Part shown: positions 43,101 to 55,119 of the stretch, one piece after another
Layout of the letters: the number at the start of each line of letters is the position of its first letter
Numbering within the stretch: position 1 is the first letter of the stretch
Assembly (NCBI GenBank): GCA_963707985.1
Contig: CAVPRW010000022.1
Span: 64,001 to 128,000 of the forward strand
DNA from: an uncultured Nitrospinota bacterium
GTDB taxonomy: Bacteria > Tectomicrobia > Entotheonellia > J063 > CAVPRW01
Length of the DNA: 64,000 nucleotides
Direction: 5' to 3'
Program-made: the position numbers and the translations under genes
The notes under the pieces: model-generated
What the model was told of the DNA's origin: nothing
Databases searched by the model: none
Seen by the model: only the letters and a program-made list of their open reading frames with translations

Positions 43101-44454
43101 TGGTCTGACCGAGACGCAACCCGCCATGCTGGCACATCACTATACCGAGGCGGGGTGCACAGAGCAGGCCATCGTTGCCTGGCAGCGGGCCGGCCAACAG
43201 GCGGCAGAGCACTCCGCGCATGTCGAGGCAATTGCCCACTTCCTCCGGGGGCTGTCGTTACTCCAGGAGCTACCGGACACACCCGACCGCACTCAGCAGG
43301 AGTTGCGCTTACAAACAAGTCTCGGCCCTGCACTGATGGCGATCAAGGGTTTTGCGGCACCCGAAGTGGAACGCGCCTACGCCCGAGCCCATGAGCTCTG
43401 CCAGGAGATGGGGGACACTCCCCAGCTGTTTGAAGTCCTACGGGGCCTGTGGCGGTTTTATGGGGTGCGGGCAGCGTTCCAGAAGACGCAAGCGCTGGGG
43501 GAGCAACTCCTCTGTCTCGCCCAACGCTCCCAGGACCCGGCGCTCCTCCTGGAGGCGCATCTCGCGCTGGGAAGTGGCTTGTTCTGGTGTGGGGAACTTG
43601 GCCCTGCCCAAGCGCACCTGGCGCAGGTCAGCACTCTCTATGATCCTCGGCTGCATCGTTCGCATGCCTTCCGCTACGGCTTAGATCCAGGAGTGGTGGG
43701 TCTCTCATATGCCGCCCACGCACTGTGGCTATCGGGTTACCCGGACCGGGCCCAGACGCAGAATGCTGAGGCGTTGAGCCTGGCTCATACATTGCCTCAT
43801 CCCCATACTCTCGCTCATGCCTTGGGCTTTGCAGCCTCGTTCTATCAGTTTCGCCGAGAGACGCAAGCCGTCAACGAGCATGTTGAGGCCTTGATGGCGC
43901 TGTCGCGCGAGCAGGAATTTGCTCAGTGGCTGGCATGGGGCGCCATGTTGCGCGGCTGGCTTCTGGTCGAGCAGGGCCAGGGCGTCGAAGGGTTGGCCCA
44001 CATGCGGCAGGGCCTGGATACCTTTGACGACATCGGGGCAGCGCTGGGACGGCCGTACTGGCTGGCCCTGCTGGCCGAGGCTTGGGGGAAGTTAGGGCAG
44101 ACAGAAGAGGGGCTACGAACCTTGGCGGAGGCGATGGAGGCCCTGCAGACCAGTGGGGAGCGTCGGTGGGAGGCGGAGATTTATCGCCTCAAGGGACAGC
44201 TGCTGCTGGCGTCTGGAGGCACGCGTGATGAAGAGGCGGAGGCGTGTTTCCAGCAGGCGCTCGACGTGGCCCGTCGGCAGCACGCGAAATCGCTAGAACT
44301 GCGGGTCGCGGTATACCTGAGCCACCTATGGAGGCACCAGGGCAAATGGGTCGAAGCCCGTCGGCTGTTGGGAACCGTCTATGGTTGGTTCACCGAAGGA
44401 TTTGCGACGGCCGACCTCCAAGCAGCTCAGGAGCTGCTCGCGGAGCTGAGCTGA
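40138..44454 (+). CDS. Fusion: sigma-54 activator AAA+, Fis HTH, degenerate class III cyclase, STAND ATPase, TPR
   Basis: GETGTGK, GAFTDA, LDE, WPGNVREL; GGNVVRAAQLLG; GALGVGKS, IDNLHWID, GNPFFLEE. Confidence 0.9.
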   Translation: MTMAHSHPNPVDHPTHRLVGDAPAMAALRAQIRHLAPFDTLGSPAVPTLMLQGETGTGKGLVARVIHDSGPRAAGPFVEVNCAAIPESMLEAELFGFEAGAFTDAKRAKPGLFEAAVGGTLLLDEVDALPLVLQGKILTAIETKRVRRLGAVTERVVDIKLIAATNAVLEQRIATGHFRADLYHRLAVVVLALPPLRERGADVLLLARHLLQQYTTAHGVPRKRLSAEAEAWLQDYTWPGNVRELIHVMERVTLLHIGEEVDAGTLAQLGHPLTASVVKAEAALEPQKPEPVSALPAEAEQIRQALAQTGGNVVRAAQLLGLSRDTVRYRMQRYGIARANPSTPPSPASSVVRGTRVRASPPPRRVWSPLPTGAVTSDSSQEETNTEGSPEPRADVRDTATDKDLRDTIPAWEQKPIAVLALEVTWPEGSGLEPWPYDPWTVTARWTQALVDKVHGFGGALVQRTASLLIWVFGVPQALEQLPQRAVHSALAIRQMAVAPTAGDMPPYPEVRLAVHLGAVRVDSQAPDPVAHLLAVGETLALPVRLLGQAAAGEILVSPEVGRLVDGWVALEERPLHLRPGDPARLGGYAVMGVRIARPRSTTDHRTARSPFVGRHRELVLLDAVLEQVKAGRGQVVGLVGALGVGKSRLLDEFRQRLTGQHVRYAEGHCLAYGSVTPYLPILDLLREHCGMAVDDAPETLIAKLRTSLQQGQLDAVTTLPYLADLLGLPVDGNPFTNLSAEARKARTFEAVRLLFLTSSQHQPLILAIDNLHWIDPTSEALLASLVEGLAGAAVLLLATFRPGYLPFWLDKSYATQIALQPLGIDESLQVVRSVLRHASLTQALEQQLLAKAEGNPFFLEELAYTLREQVGEVSVLTISDSIQAVIAARIDRLPSDQRRLLQAASVIGKNVSVSLLQTITTLPEETLSRDIAHLQTTEFLSAVGGPPAPTYTFRHILIQETAYQSLSASIRRQYHQRIAQALARQFPGLTETQPAMLAHHYTEAGCTEQAIVAWQRAGQQAAEHSAHVEAIAHFLRGLSLLQELPDTPDRTQQELRLQTSLGPALMAIKGFAAPEVERAYARAHELCQEMGDTPQLFEVLRGLWRFYGVRAAFQKTQALGEQLLCLAQRSQDPALLLEAHLALGSGLFWCGELGPAQAHLAQVSTLYDPRLHRSHAFRYGLDPGVVGLSYAAHALWLSGYPDRAQTQNAEALSLAHTLPHPHTLAHALGFAASFYQFRRETQAVNEHVEALMALSREQEFAQWLAWGAMLRGWLLVEQGQGVEGLAHMRQGLDTFDDIGAALGRPYWLALLAEAWGKLGQTEEGLRTLAEAMEALQTSGERRWEAEIYRLKGQLLLASGGTRDEEAEACFQQALDVARRQHAKSLELRVAVYLSHLWRHQGKWVEARRLLGTVYGWFTEGFATADLQAAQELLAELS

Positions 44455-44490
44455 TAAGATCTTGGTACACTCTGGCCGAACTGTACAAGG

Positions 44491-44600
44491 AGTTCTGTTG
44501 CAAAAACTGGTTTTTGACGCTTTTGTCGAGAATCGTGTCTCGATATTTCCAAGGGTTACAGCCGTCAACAAGCGTACTTTTTGATTTTTGCAACAGAACC
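44491..44600. mobile_element. MITE-like element, 110 bp
   Basis: GTTCTGTTGCAAAAA (44492-44506) and TTTTTGCAACAGAAC (44585-44599); AT-rich non-coding interior. Confidence 0.7.
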
Positions 44601-44695
44601 GTTCCTCCTGTCCACGTGATCTTAGGAGCATAACTGCTCTAACCACCCATCCATGCTCCTGTATGTTCTACCACCTGTGATAGGGACACTACCGT

Positions 44696-47600
44696 ATGGT
44701 CTATCGCTTTCACGACTATACCCTCGATGAGGGACGCCGTGAGCTGTGGCGGACGAGACAGCTCGTGGCCGTGGAACCCAAAGTGTTTCGGGTTCTCCTG
44801 TACCTCCTGCAGCACCGAGAGCGGATGGTGAGCAAGGAGGAGTTGCTTGAGCAGTGCTGGCCTAAGACCTTTGTCAGTGAAGCGGCCCTGACCCGTTGTC
44901 TCACCAAACTCCGCAAGGCGGTCCAGGCCGATGGCACCGCACCACCGATCATTAAAACCCTCCATGGCCACGGGTATCGTTTCGTCGCTGACGTCACACT
45001 CTTACCGCCGGAGTCGCGCCGGAGGCCGTTTCGTTCCCCGAAGTCAGGCACACACCCACGAGCGCTGCATCAACGCCGGTAGAGTCCCTCGCGCCAGCCG
45101 TTCCACCCAGCACCCATCAGATACGACTGGAGCCGCCTACGCCACCAAGGGAGGCACTCTCCGCGGCCGAACGTCGTCAGCTCACGGTCCTCTTCTGTGA
45201 CCTAGTGGGCTTCACCGCACTCGCCGATCAACTTGACCCGGAAGACTTTCGCGACATCACGGTGACCTATCACACCACGTGTGCCGAGGTGATTCACCGC
45301 TATGGTGGCCATATTGCCCAATACTTCGGCGACGGCTTGCTGGTCTATTTTGGCTACCCCTCTGCTCATGAAGACGATGCCCAACGCGCCATCCACGCAG
45401 GGTTAGACCTGCTCTCAGCTCTTGTCGACCTCAACCGCCGCCTCGTACAACCCTATGGCATCCATCTGAGGGCGCGTCTGGGCATTCACACCGGCCTCGT
45501 TGTCGTTGGAGAGGTGGGAGGTGGAGCGCAGTCCGGGCAGCTGGCATTGGGGGTGACGCCGAACATTGCCGCCAAGATACAGACGATGGGTGCTCCTGAG
45601 CGTGTGGTCATCAGTGGCGCCACGTATCGTCTGGTACAGGGCTATTTCGTGTGTCAGGACCTGGGTGAACATACGCTGCCGGGGGTAGCGGAACCGCTTC
45701 CGCTGTACCACGTCCTGCATGTCAGCGACGCGCGAGGACGGCTAGAGGCGGCGTCTTCCAGGGGCTTAACACCCTTGGTTGGGCGGGATGCCGAAATGGT
45801 CCTGCTTCAGGAGCGGTGGGCACAGGTGCAGGAGGGCATTGGCCAGGTGGTGATGCTCAGTGGGGAAGCGGGTATTGGCAAATCGCGGCTGGTGCGGGCG
45901 CTCATCGAGCGATTGGGGGAGACACCCTTGACGCGTCTGGAATGCCGCGGTTCCCCCTACTATCAACATACGGCACTGTATCCCGTGGTCGATCTATTGC
46001 AGCGCAGCTTACGGTTTGACAGTACGATACCCCCGGACGAGAAGATTAGACGTCTGGAAGGCCTGTTGCAGGCGCATCAACTGGACCTGCAGGAGAACCT
46101 GCCGCTCCTGGCGTCGCTTCTCTCGCTGTTCCCTCCAGCGGATCGCTATCCACCACGGCAGAGGAGTCCGCAGCAGCAGCGCCAACGGACTTTGGACACC
46201 CTCCTGACGCTCACGTTGGCCCGCGCCGAGCAGCAGCCCCTGCTCTTCATCGTCGAGGATCTGCATTGGATTGATCCTTCCACCCTGGAGTGGCTCGGGC
46301 TCTTAATCGATCAGGGACCGACCACCCGCATCCTCACGCTCATGACGTGTCGGCCGACGTTTCAGGCGCCATGGTGGGGACGCGCCCATGTGATTTCGTT
46401 GACGATCAATCGCCTCCTACCACAGCAGGTGGCGCAGATGGCACAGACCATTGTTGGGGCTGATGTCTTGTCTGCTGACCTCCTCGATCACATCGTGACC
46501 CGAACCGATGGAGTGCCGCTGTTTGTCGAAGAGGTCACCAGGTTTGTCTTGGCGTCACAGCGTCTGCATGGCCAGGCTGAAGAGGCGTTTGCCACTGCAC
46601 TATCCCCCGTCACCATTCCCACGACGCTGCATGATTTGTTGATGGCCCGTCTGGATCAGATGGGGGCGGCGAAAGGTACCGCACAACTGGCCGCGACGAT
46701 CGGGCGGGAATTTAGCTTTGCGCTTCTGCAGTCCGTTGCGTCCGTTGATGAACAGGCTTTACGCCAGGATCTGCGGCGGCTCGTCGATGCCGAACTGCTC
46801 TACCAGCGGGGTGTCGGCGCTCAGGCCACATACGTCTTCAAGCATACTCTGATTCAGGAGGCGGCCCATACATCTCTCTTGCGGCGAACGCGCCAGCACT
46901 ACCACCAGTGGATTGCTCAGGCCCTGGAGACGCAGTTCTCCGAGGTGGCGACAGTACAACCCGAGGTGGTGGCCCACCACTACACAGAGGCGGGGCTGCG
47001 TGCCCAGGCGCTCCCCTATTGGCAGCAAGCTGGTCAGCAGGCGCGTGAGCGCTCGGCCCATGCGGAAGCGATGGCGCATCTCACGAAAGGATTGGAGCTG
47101 CTGACGACTCTGCCAGAAACACCCGAGCGGGCTCGGCAGGAACTCTCTCTGCAGATCGCCTTGGGTGCAACCTTGGCCGTCACGAAGGGTTATGGCAACA
47201 CGGCAGCCGAACGTGTGTACTCCAGAGCTCGGGAGCTGTGCCAACAGACGGAAGACACGAGACAGCTGTTTCCCGTGCAGTGGGGGTTGTGGACCTGTTA
47301 TATCGTGCAGGCAAAGCAGCAATTGGCACGAGAGGTGGGGGAACAGCTCCTCCGCTCGTCTCAGCATGTCCAGGATTCCACCTTCCTCCTGGAGGCACAC
47401 CTCGCACTGGCAGGGAGTTTGCACGACCTGGGAGAGTTTACCCCTGCCCGTCACCACTGGGACCACAGTCTGGCCTGCTACGACCGCCAGCAGCACCGCT
47501 CTCATATCACGCACTTTGGCATGGATCTTGGTGTCTTCTCCCGTGCCATGATGTCCCATACCCTGTGGCATCTGGGCTATCCAGATCAGGCGCTCACCCG

Positions 47601-48303
47601 GAGCCACGAAGCCTTGGCTCTGGCCGAGGAACACGCCCACCCCTTTAGTCAGGCGATCGCGCTGGCCTATGCGATCATGTTGCATCAGTTCCGCCATGAA
47701 CAGCATACCGTCGACGAGCACACTGAGACAGCCTTGGCGCTGTGTACAGAACACGGGTTTGCGTACTACTGGGCGTGGGGAACGATCATCCAGGGCTGGT
47801 CATTCGTGGTGCAGGGACAGAGCGAAGCGGGTATAGAGCAGATGCGCCATGGCCTCGCCGCGCTGCGGAGCACGGAGGCGAAAAGGGCTCTACCCTACTA
47901 TCTCGCGTTGCTGGCTGAGGGGTATGGAGCAGTCGGGCAGACGGACGAGGGGCTATGTGTCCTTGCCGAGGCCTTTGCCGAAGTGGCCACAACCGCAGAG
48001 CGACGTTGGGAGGCAGAGTTGTATCGTCTCCAGGGAGAACTGCTGCTGCGGGCGCAAGGCAGCAGGCGAAAGGCAGAACGGACGCCAGAAGCGTGTTTCC
48101 GCCAGGCTCTTGCGGTCGCACGCCAGCAGCAGGCCAAGGCGTTGGAATTACGCGCCGCCGTGAGCCTGAGTCGCCTCTGGCAGCAGCAAGGGAAGCGCCA
48201 CGCGGCACGTCAGTTGTTGGCGGAGATCTACGGATGGTTCAGTGAGGGGTTTGACACCAGGGACTTGCAGGAAGCCAAGGCGCTGCTGGAGCAACTCGCG
48301 TGA
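44696..48303 (+). CDS. Winged-helix, class III cyclase, STAND ATPase, TPR protein; frameshift in the linker near 45010-45160
   Basis: EPKVFRVL..IKTLHGHGYRF; ERRQLTVLFCDLVG, GDG; GEAGIGKS, VEDLHWID. Confidence 0.88.
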
Positions 48304-48389
48304 TCGGATGGCACCCACAGCGCCTCCCCGCCTCATGAGGCGGCTGAGACACGTCCCCAGCCGCCCCTGACGGTCGGACACCATCGTGC

Positions 48390-49770
48390 TTACACAGTTG
48401 GCTTGATATTCTGGTTCACACGAAATAGATTGGTCGGATCGTACATGTTCTTGACTGCCACCAAATGCTCGTAGTTGTCGCGATAGGTGGCCTTGACACG
48501 CTCTTGACCCTCGTCCATCATGAAATTGACGTACGCCCCACCCGCTGAGTAGGGATGCAGGGCTTCCCAGTAGGCCTTTGTCCACCCGCTGATCTTTTCG
48601 TTATTGGCAGGCTCTGGATCGACCCCCACGATGACCTGCGCCCAGGTGGCGTCACGGTAGCTCCACGCCGTGTCGTGCTTGCCAACCCGGTGCGCAGCGC
48701 CGTTAATCGGGTAGAGATGCATCGTTGATTGTCGCGTCGGAACCTCGGAGGCATAGGTCATGTGCAGCGCAATCGCGGCATCGCTCAACTCATTGACGAA
48801 GTCGGCTCTCCAGTACCACTGCAAGCCTGGTGGATACAGGGCATCAAATAGGCTTTGGAGGACTGGATACGGCAGCGGGCCGACCAGATCGAGCGCCGCG
48901 GGCCGGAAGCTGCGGATGGGCTTGAAGGCGGCCTCGGCCTGCTCCAGCCGGCCGGTATAGCACCACACAATACCACACATCGTCCGGTGGTGCAGATGTT
49001 CCGGGAACGGCGGCCCCAGGCGGCACGGTCAGGAACGCGAAGAAGCCATTTATTTCTTCCGGCGCCTGGGGGATAAACTCACGGTACCACTGCATGACCT
49101 CGGTTGCCTGGCTGAGGGGCCACAGCATCGGCCCAGCATAGACCGTGCTGATCGGGTGCAGCCGGAACAGGAATGAGGTCGCCACACCAAAGTTGCCCCC
49201 TCCGCCGCGTAAGCCCCAGAACAGGTCGGCATGCTCTTCGGCACTGGCGGTGACCAGACGCCCGTCTGCCAGGATCACATCGACGGCGAGGAGATTGTCA
49301 ATGGAGAGGCCACATGTGCGGGTCAAATGGCCGAGCCCGCCACCCAGGGTCAGTCCGCCCACGCCAGTGGTGGAGATAATGCCACTGGGTGTGGCCAAGC
49401 CAAAAGCATGCGTGGCGTGATCGACATCTCCCCAGGTGCCGCCCCCCTCAACACGGACCGTGCGTGCTGTGGGGTCGACGCGAATGCCCTTCATGCGGGA
49501 GAGGTCGATGACCAGACCATCATCACACGTCCCCAAACCACCGCCATTGTGGCCGCCACCCCGCACGGCGACGAGCATGTCGTGCTCGCGAGCGTAATGG
49601 ACCGCGGCCATCACGTCGGCGACATTGGCACACCGCACGATCAGGCGAGGATAGCGGTCAATCATGCCATTATAGACCTTGCGAGCTGCCTCGTAACCCG
49701 CATCATGGGCTTGCAGCAGCTCACCGCGTAGACGCGCCTTGAAAGCTTCTAGCATTGTTGCCGTAGGCAT
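48390..49770 (-). CDS. FAD-linked oxidoreductase (BBE/VAO family); frameshift near 49015
   Basis: VRGGGH, GGLTLGGG, LRGGGGNFG, YVNF, YDPTNLFRVNQNI. Confidence 0.9.
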
Positions 49771-50227
49771 AGTATCCTCCGTTATGTTTCTCGTTGTGCA
49801 ACGACTGTTGCTGACCGAGATTGTTGCAACCATGGTATCGACCCTGTACTGTCTGTAATGTATGTCGCGAGCAACCAGCGTGTCTTGACGAAAACCGAAC
49901 CGTTTCCGGACCATTTCTGGACCATCCCGGTAGGATCGAGCGCTAGCGCCCGCATGAATTGTTGTGCGGGCCGCCGGCTCCGCCTCACTGCGCAGCACTG
50001 GCTTGCCGGACAGACGGGCAAAGAACTGCTTCAGACCAGGAGGATGTTGACCCGTGTGGGTGACCACGACGTCATCGCCCGCCTGCAAGGTATTGGTCTA
50101 GGATATTCATTCACCGATAGCATTGCTGGATCACTCTCAGCTGCCTACCGTCCCCCGCCTGGTCGGGCAGGTTCCGAGGCGAGGCTGCAATGCACCCCGC
50201 TGAGAGGCCACCCAGCAGAGGATAGAC

Positions 50228-53200
50228 ATGCCCGATGCCCCTTTTCCCCCAGCTGGCCATCCGACCGACCGGCTGATCGGGACGGCTCCTGCTATCGCCG
50301 CCCTATGCGCCCAGATCCGCCACCTCGCGGCTTTCGACACCCTGGGCAGCGCCCACGTCCCTGTCGTCTTGCTGCAGGGCGAGACCGGCACCGGCAAAGG
50401 GTTGATAGCGCGTGTCATCCACGACAGCGGGCCCCGGAGGGTAGGACCGTTCATCGAGGTGAACTGCGCAGCCATTCCCGAGACCATGATGGAGGCCGAG
50501 CTGTTTGGCTTTGAGCCGGGAGCCTTCACCGATGCCAAGCGCGCCAAGCCGGGGCTGTTCGAAGCGGCCTCGGGGGGCACACTGTTCCTGGATGAGATCG
50601 ATGCGTTGCCGGTCGCGTTGCAAGGCAAGCTACTCACCGCCATCGAGAGTAGACGGGTACGACGGCTGGGAGCCGTGACCGAGCGGACGGTGGATGTGAA
50701 GCTGATCGCCGCCACCAATGCGGTGTTACCCGAGGTGGTGACGGCTGGGAGATTCAGGGCCGATTTGTATCACCGGCTGGCGGTGGTAGTATTGGGACTG
50801 CCGCCGGTGCGTGAACGAGGCACGGACCTCCTCATCCTGGCCGAGGCTTTTTTACAGCGTTCTACCACTGTTCATGGGCTACCGCCTAAGCGTCTGAACA
50901 CCGCAGCCAAGGCCTGGTTGCAGGGATATAGCTGGCCGGGAAATGTGCGCGAGCTCAGCCATGTGATGGAGCGAGTGGCCCTGCTGCACATGGGGGAGGA
51001 AGTTGAGGCTGAGACCCTGATGCGTCTCTGTCAGCCCCTGACTACCAGCACAGTTGGTGCGAAGACCGAGCCAGCACATGATGAGGTGGCAGCAGAACAC
51101 GCTCTCCCGAGAGGGGCCGAGGAGATTCGGCACGCACTGTTGAAGACGGGAGGAAATGTGGCGCGGGCGGCGCGGCTGTTGGGGGTGAGCCGGGATACTG
51201 TGCGTTATCGTATGCAACGCTATGGAATCGCGCGGCCACGCCTGAGAGGACCGTCTCCGGCCGTGCCTCCTCGCTCGCCAGGTGAGAGCGCCCGAAATTC
51301 TTCCCCTCAGGACGAGGAGCATCGTCCTGAGCTGACGATTCCCTTGACCCTACCGTACGGGGAGGCGACACAGGAAGAGAAGATGGCCGTGCCACCAGTC
51401 GCCAACCTCGCGGCAGGGGTCGAGCCGGACGCTCCACCTCGAGGGCCAGCGTGGGAGCAGAAGTCGGTAACAGTCCTCGCCCTGGAGTTGGCATGGCCAG
51501 AGCGCTCCGGTAGCGAGCCAATCCGCTACGACCCCTGGACTGAAAAGGCGCGCTGGGAGCAGGCCGTTGGGGATAAGGTGCAGGGTTTTGGGGGCATACT
51601 CGTGCAGCAGACAGCCGCCGGATTCGTCTGGGTGTTTGGCGTGCCCCAGACCCTCGAGCAATTGCCCCAGCGGGCCGTACACAGTGCCCTGGCAATCCGA
51701 CAGATGGCGGTGGAAGCCACCGCTCCGGATCCACCCCCCTGCCCCACGGTGCGCCTGGCCGTGCATCTCGGCGCCGTGTGGGTGGACCATCAGGCCGCCG
51801 ACCCAGGGGCGCAGGTACGTGCTGTGGGCGAGACCTTAGCTCTGCCGGTGCGGATACTGGGGCAAGCCACCCCAGGGGAACTTCTGATCACCCCAGAGGT
51901 TGGACGTTTGGTGGATGGGTGGGTCGCCTTAGAGGCACGACAGCTGTGGGTCGCCACCGGGGACCCCATGCGGGTGGGTGGCTATGCTGTCATAGGAGTG
52001 AGCCCAGGGCGCGAGGTTGGGAGCGGGCGTTGGCGTCCAATTCAGAGTCCATTTGTGGGCCGGACGCGGGAACTCATGCTACTGGAGGCCATCTTTGAGC
52101 AGGTCACGGCCGGCCGTGGACAGGTGGTGAGTCTGGTGGGGCCACCCGGCATGGGCAAATCGCGGCTGCTCGCCGAGTTTCGCCGATGCCTCAGCTCGCA
52201 GCGGTTTCACTATGCCGAAGGACGCTGCCTGGCTTACGCGAGCGGCACGCCCTATGTGCCGATTGTGAACATGCTGCGAGATCTTTGCGGCATCGCCGCG
52301 GATGATAGCCCAGAGATACTCCGAACCAGGGTGCGTGCCAGCCTCCAACAGGTGGGCCTCAACTCCGATGCCAGCCTCCCGTACCTCCTCCACCTCCTAG
52401 ACCTACCTATCGAGCCTGATCAATTCGCGCATCTCAGCGCCGAATCCCGCAAGGCACGGACGTTTCAGGCCATAAGGGAGCTCTTCCTCGCCCGCAGTCG
52501 GCACCACCCAGTGGTCCTAGCCGTGGAAGACCTGCACTGGATCGATCCGACCTCCGAGGCTCTGCTGACGTCGCTCGTGGACGGGTTGGCGGGGGCCGCG
52601 ATCCTGCTGTTGGCGACCTGCCGTTCGGGGTATCGCGGCGCCTTGGCTGGACAGATCGTACGCCACCCAAATCGCTCTCCAACCGCTGGGCCCAGACGAG
52701 AGCCGGCAGGTGGTGCGCCGTGTGATGCGCGACATAGCTCTCCCCCCGGCGCTGGAGCAGCAGCTCCTGGCCAGGGGGGAGGGTAATCCCTTTTTTCTCG
52801 AAGAGCTCGCCTATACCGTACGGGAGCAAGGGGAGGGACATCCAGCCCCTACTGTGCCAGACACCATTCACGCCGTCCTGGCCGGCCGTATGGATCGTTT
52901 GCCAACACCCGAAAGGTATCTCCTGCAAGCCGCCTCGGTGCTTGGTAAGGACATCGCCGTGCCCTTGCTTCAGGCTATCAGCGAGCTGCCCGAGGCAAGG
53001 CTGCAGCAGGGGCTCGCCCAACTGCAGGCCGCTGAGTTTCTGCACGAGACACCAGTTCTTTCCCGAGCGCGAGTACACCTTCAAGCACGCCCTCACTCAT
53101 GAAATGGCCTACGGCAGTCTCCTCCAGGAGCGCCGGCGCGTCCTACACGCACGCATCGTCGTGGCTCTCGAAGCCTTCCTTGGCGATCAGGTCGCCGAGT

Positions 53201-54549
53201 CGGTTGAACAACTGGCCCATCACGCCCTGCGGGGAGAAGTATGGGATAAGGCCGTGGTGTACTGCCGGCAGGCGGGGGAAAAGGCTCAGGATCGCTCTGC
53301 CTACCGCGAGGCCGTGACATCCTTCGAGAAAGCGCTCGGAGCCTTGCAGTATCTACCAGAGGAACGTGCGACATATGAGCAGGCCATCGATCTCCGGCTG
53401 GCCCTGGGCTCGACGCTCCGACCGTCCGGAGATTTTGGCCGTAGCATGGAATACTCGCGTGAGGTGGAGTCACTTGCCGCCACCCTCGATGATCCTCGGC
53501 GACTAGGAGAGGTCTCTCTCCATCTGTCATACCATTTCTACATCATGGGTGCATACGACCAGGCTATTGTCGCCGCTCACCGTGCCTTGGAACGAGCCAC
53601 GGACTGCGGCGATGCCGTCCTGCACGCGCAAGCGAACATTTATCTCAGCGTCGCATACCGTGCTCTGGGTGATTATCGTGGGGCGATCAACTGCCTAGGA
53701 CAGAGCTTAGCGTCGCTTCAAGGGGAGCGACGCGGCGAACGATTTGGGCGCGTCTTCCTGCCCTCCGTGCTCTCCCGTGTCTACCTCACGACGTGCCATG
53801 CCGAGTTAGGCTCATTCGCCGCAGGCGAGGCTTTCGGGCAAGAAGGACTGCGGATTGCCGAGGAGGCTGGTCATATAGCAAGCCTCATGGTTGCTTCTTG
53901 GGCGGTCGGTATGCTGGGTCTCCGTCAGGGTGACCTGCGCAAAGCTATCCCCATGCTCGAACGGGCCATGGGCATCTGTCAGGATGCGGACATCCCGCTC
54001 TGGTTCCCCTGGATAGCTGCGGCTTTGGGGGCGGCATACACCGTAGGGGGGCGGGCAGCCGATGCCGTGCGGCTGCTCACGCAATCGGTGGAACAGGCTG
54101 TAGCAACGGGGCTGATCTTCTGTCAGACGCCCTCTTGCCATGCTCTCGCTGAGGCGCATCTTCTGGCTGGCCGCCTAGAAGACGCGCAGCCCTTGGGCGA
54201 GCGCGCCCTGGCGCTCGCCCAAGGGTACCAGGAACGGGGCCACGAAGCCTACGCCCTGCGGCTCATCGGTGAGATCGCGACGCGGCGCGAGCCCCACCAG
54301 GCCGAGCAGGCCGAAGTCCACTACCAGAAGGCTCTCGCCCTGGCTGCCGAACTTGGTATACGCCCGCTCGCGGCCCACTGCCATCGCAGTCTTGGCATGC
54401 TCTATCGCGGGACTGGGCAACAGGTGCAAGCCCGCACTGAGCTGTTGGCCGCCATCACCCTGTACCGGACCATGGAGATGACCTTCTGGCTGCCTGAAAC
54501 CGAAGCAGCGCTCGCACAAGTCCAGGGCGATGTGGAATGTCCCCCCTGA
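50228..54549 (+). CDS. Second sigma-54 activator/HTH/pseudo-cyclase/STAND/TPR fusion; frameshifts near 52640 and 53050
   Basis: GETGTGK, GAFTDA, WPGNVREL, GPPGMGKS, VEDLHWID; paralog of 40138-44454. Confidence 0.88.
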
Positions 54550-55119
54550 CACTGTGATGGTGGGGGCATGGAACTGTCCCAGCGCTCCCATGGCCCCTCT
54601 CCTCTTGAGTCGTCCGCCTGTATCCTGGAGACAGAACTACGTCCGTGCCAGATCCCCGTGCACCCCTACTTGCCCCCCAGCACGGCCATTATGTACCTGG
54701 TTTACTGAGGCGTCTTGCCAAGGAGGCAGGACGTGCAGACCTCGGGCGGGGAGACCAAGGAAGAGGCGACGGTAGCCCCCACCCCCATTTCTGGGGGCAC
54801 ACGGGGGGCTGAGCCTCATATCACCTCCACTTATGGGGTGTGAGACTAGGAGGGTAGAGCCCGAACGCTGGCTATCTGGCGCAGTGGAAACGGTTGGGGC
54901 TGCGGGGGTGAAGTGGTTGAGCGGCCCATTCGACAGTCCTTATGGACGCCTGAGGAGACCGTTGGGAAGCTTCTCCTGCACGTTGCACAACTCAGCCTGA
55001 TCGAGGACGGTGGCGAGTGGTGGGGCGTGATCACCCTATACGCCATGGCGCAAGTTTTCCAGCAACGAGCGATTCCAGGGCAAACGCGGCCGAGGGCCCC
55101 AGCGTCGGTGCGGAGGCCT

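Noticed and set aside
49826..49885. Two sigma-54-like motifs upstream of the FAD oxidase (CGATAC-N5-TTGC; AGACAC-N5-TTGC, minus strand)
   Set aside because: Both have GA in place of the invariant -24 GG, so they are not called as promoters
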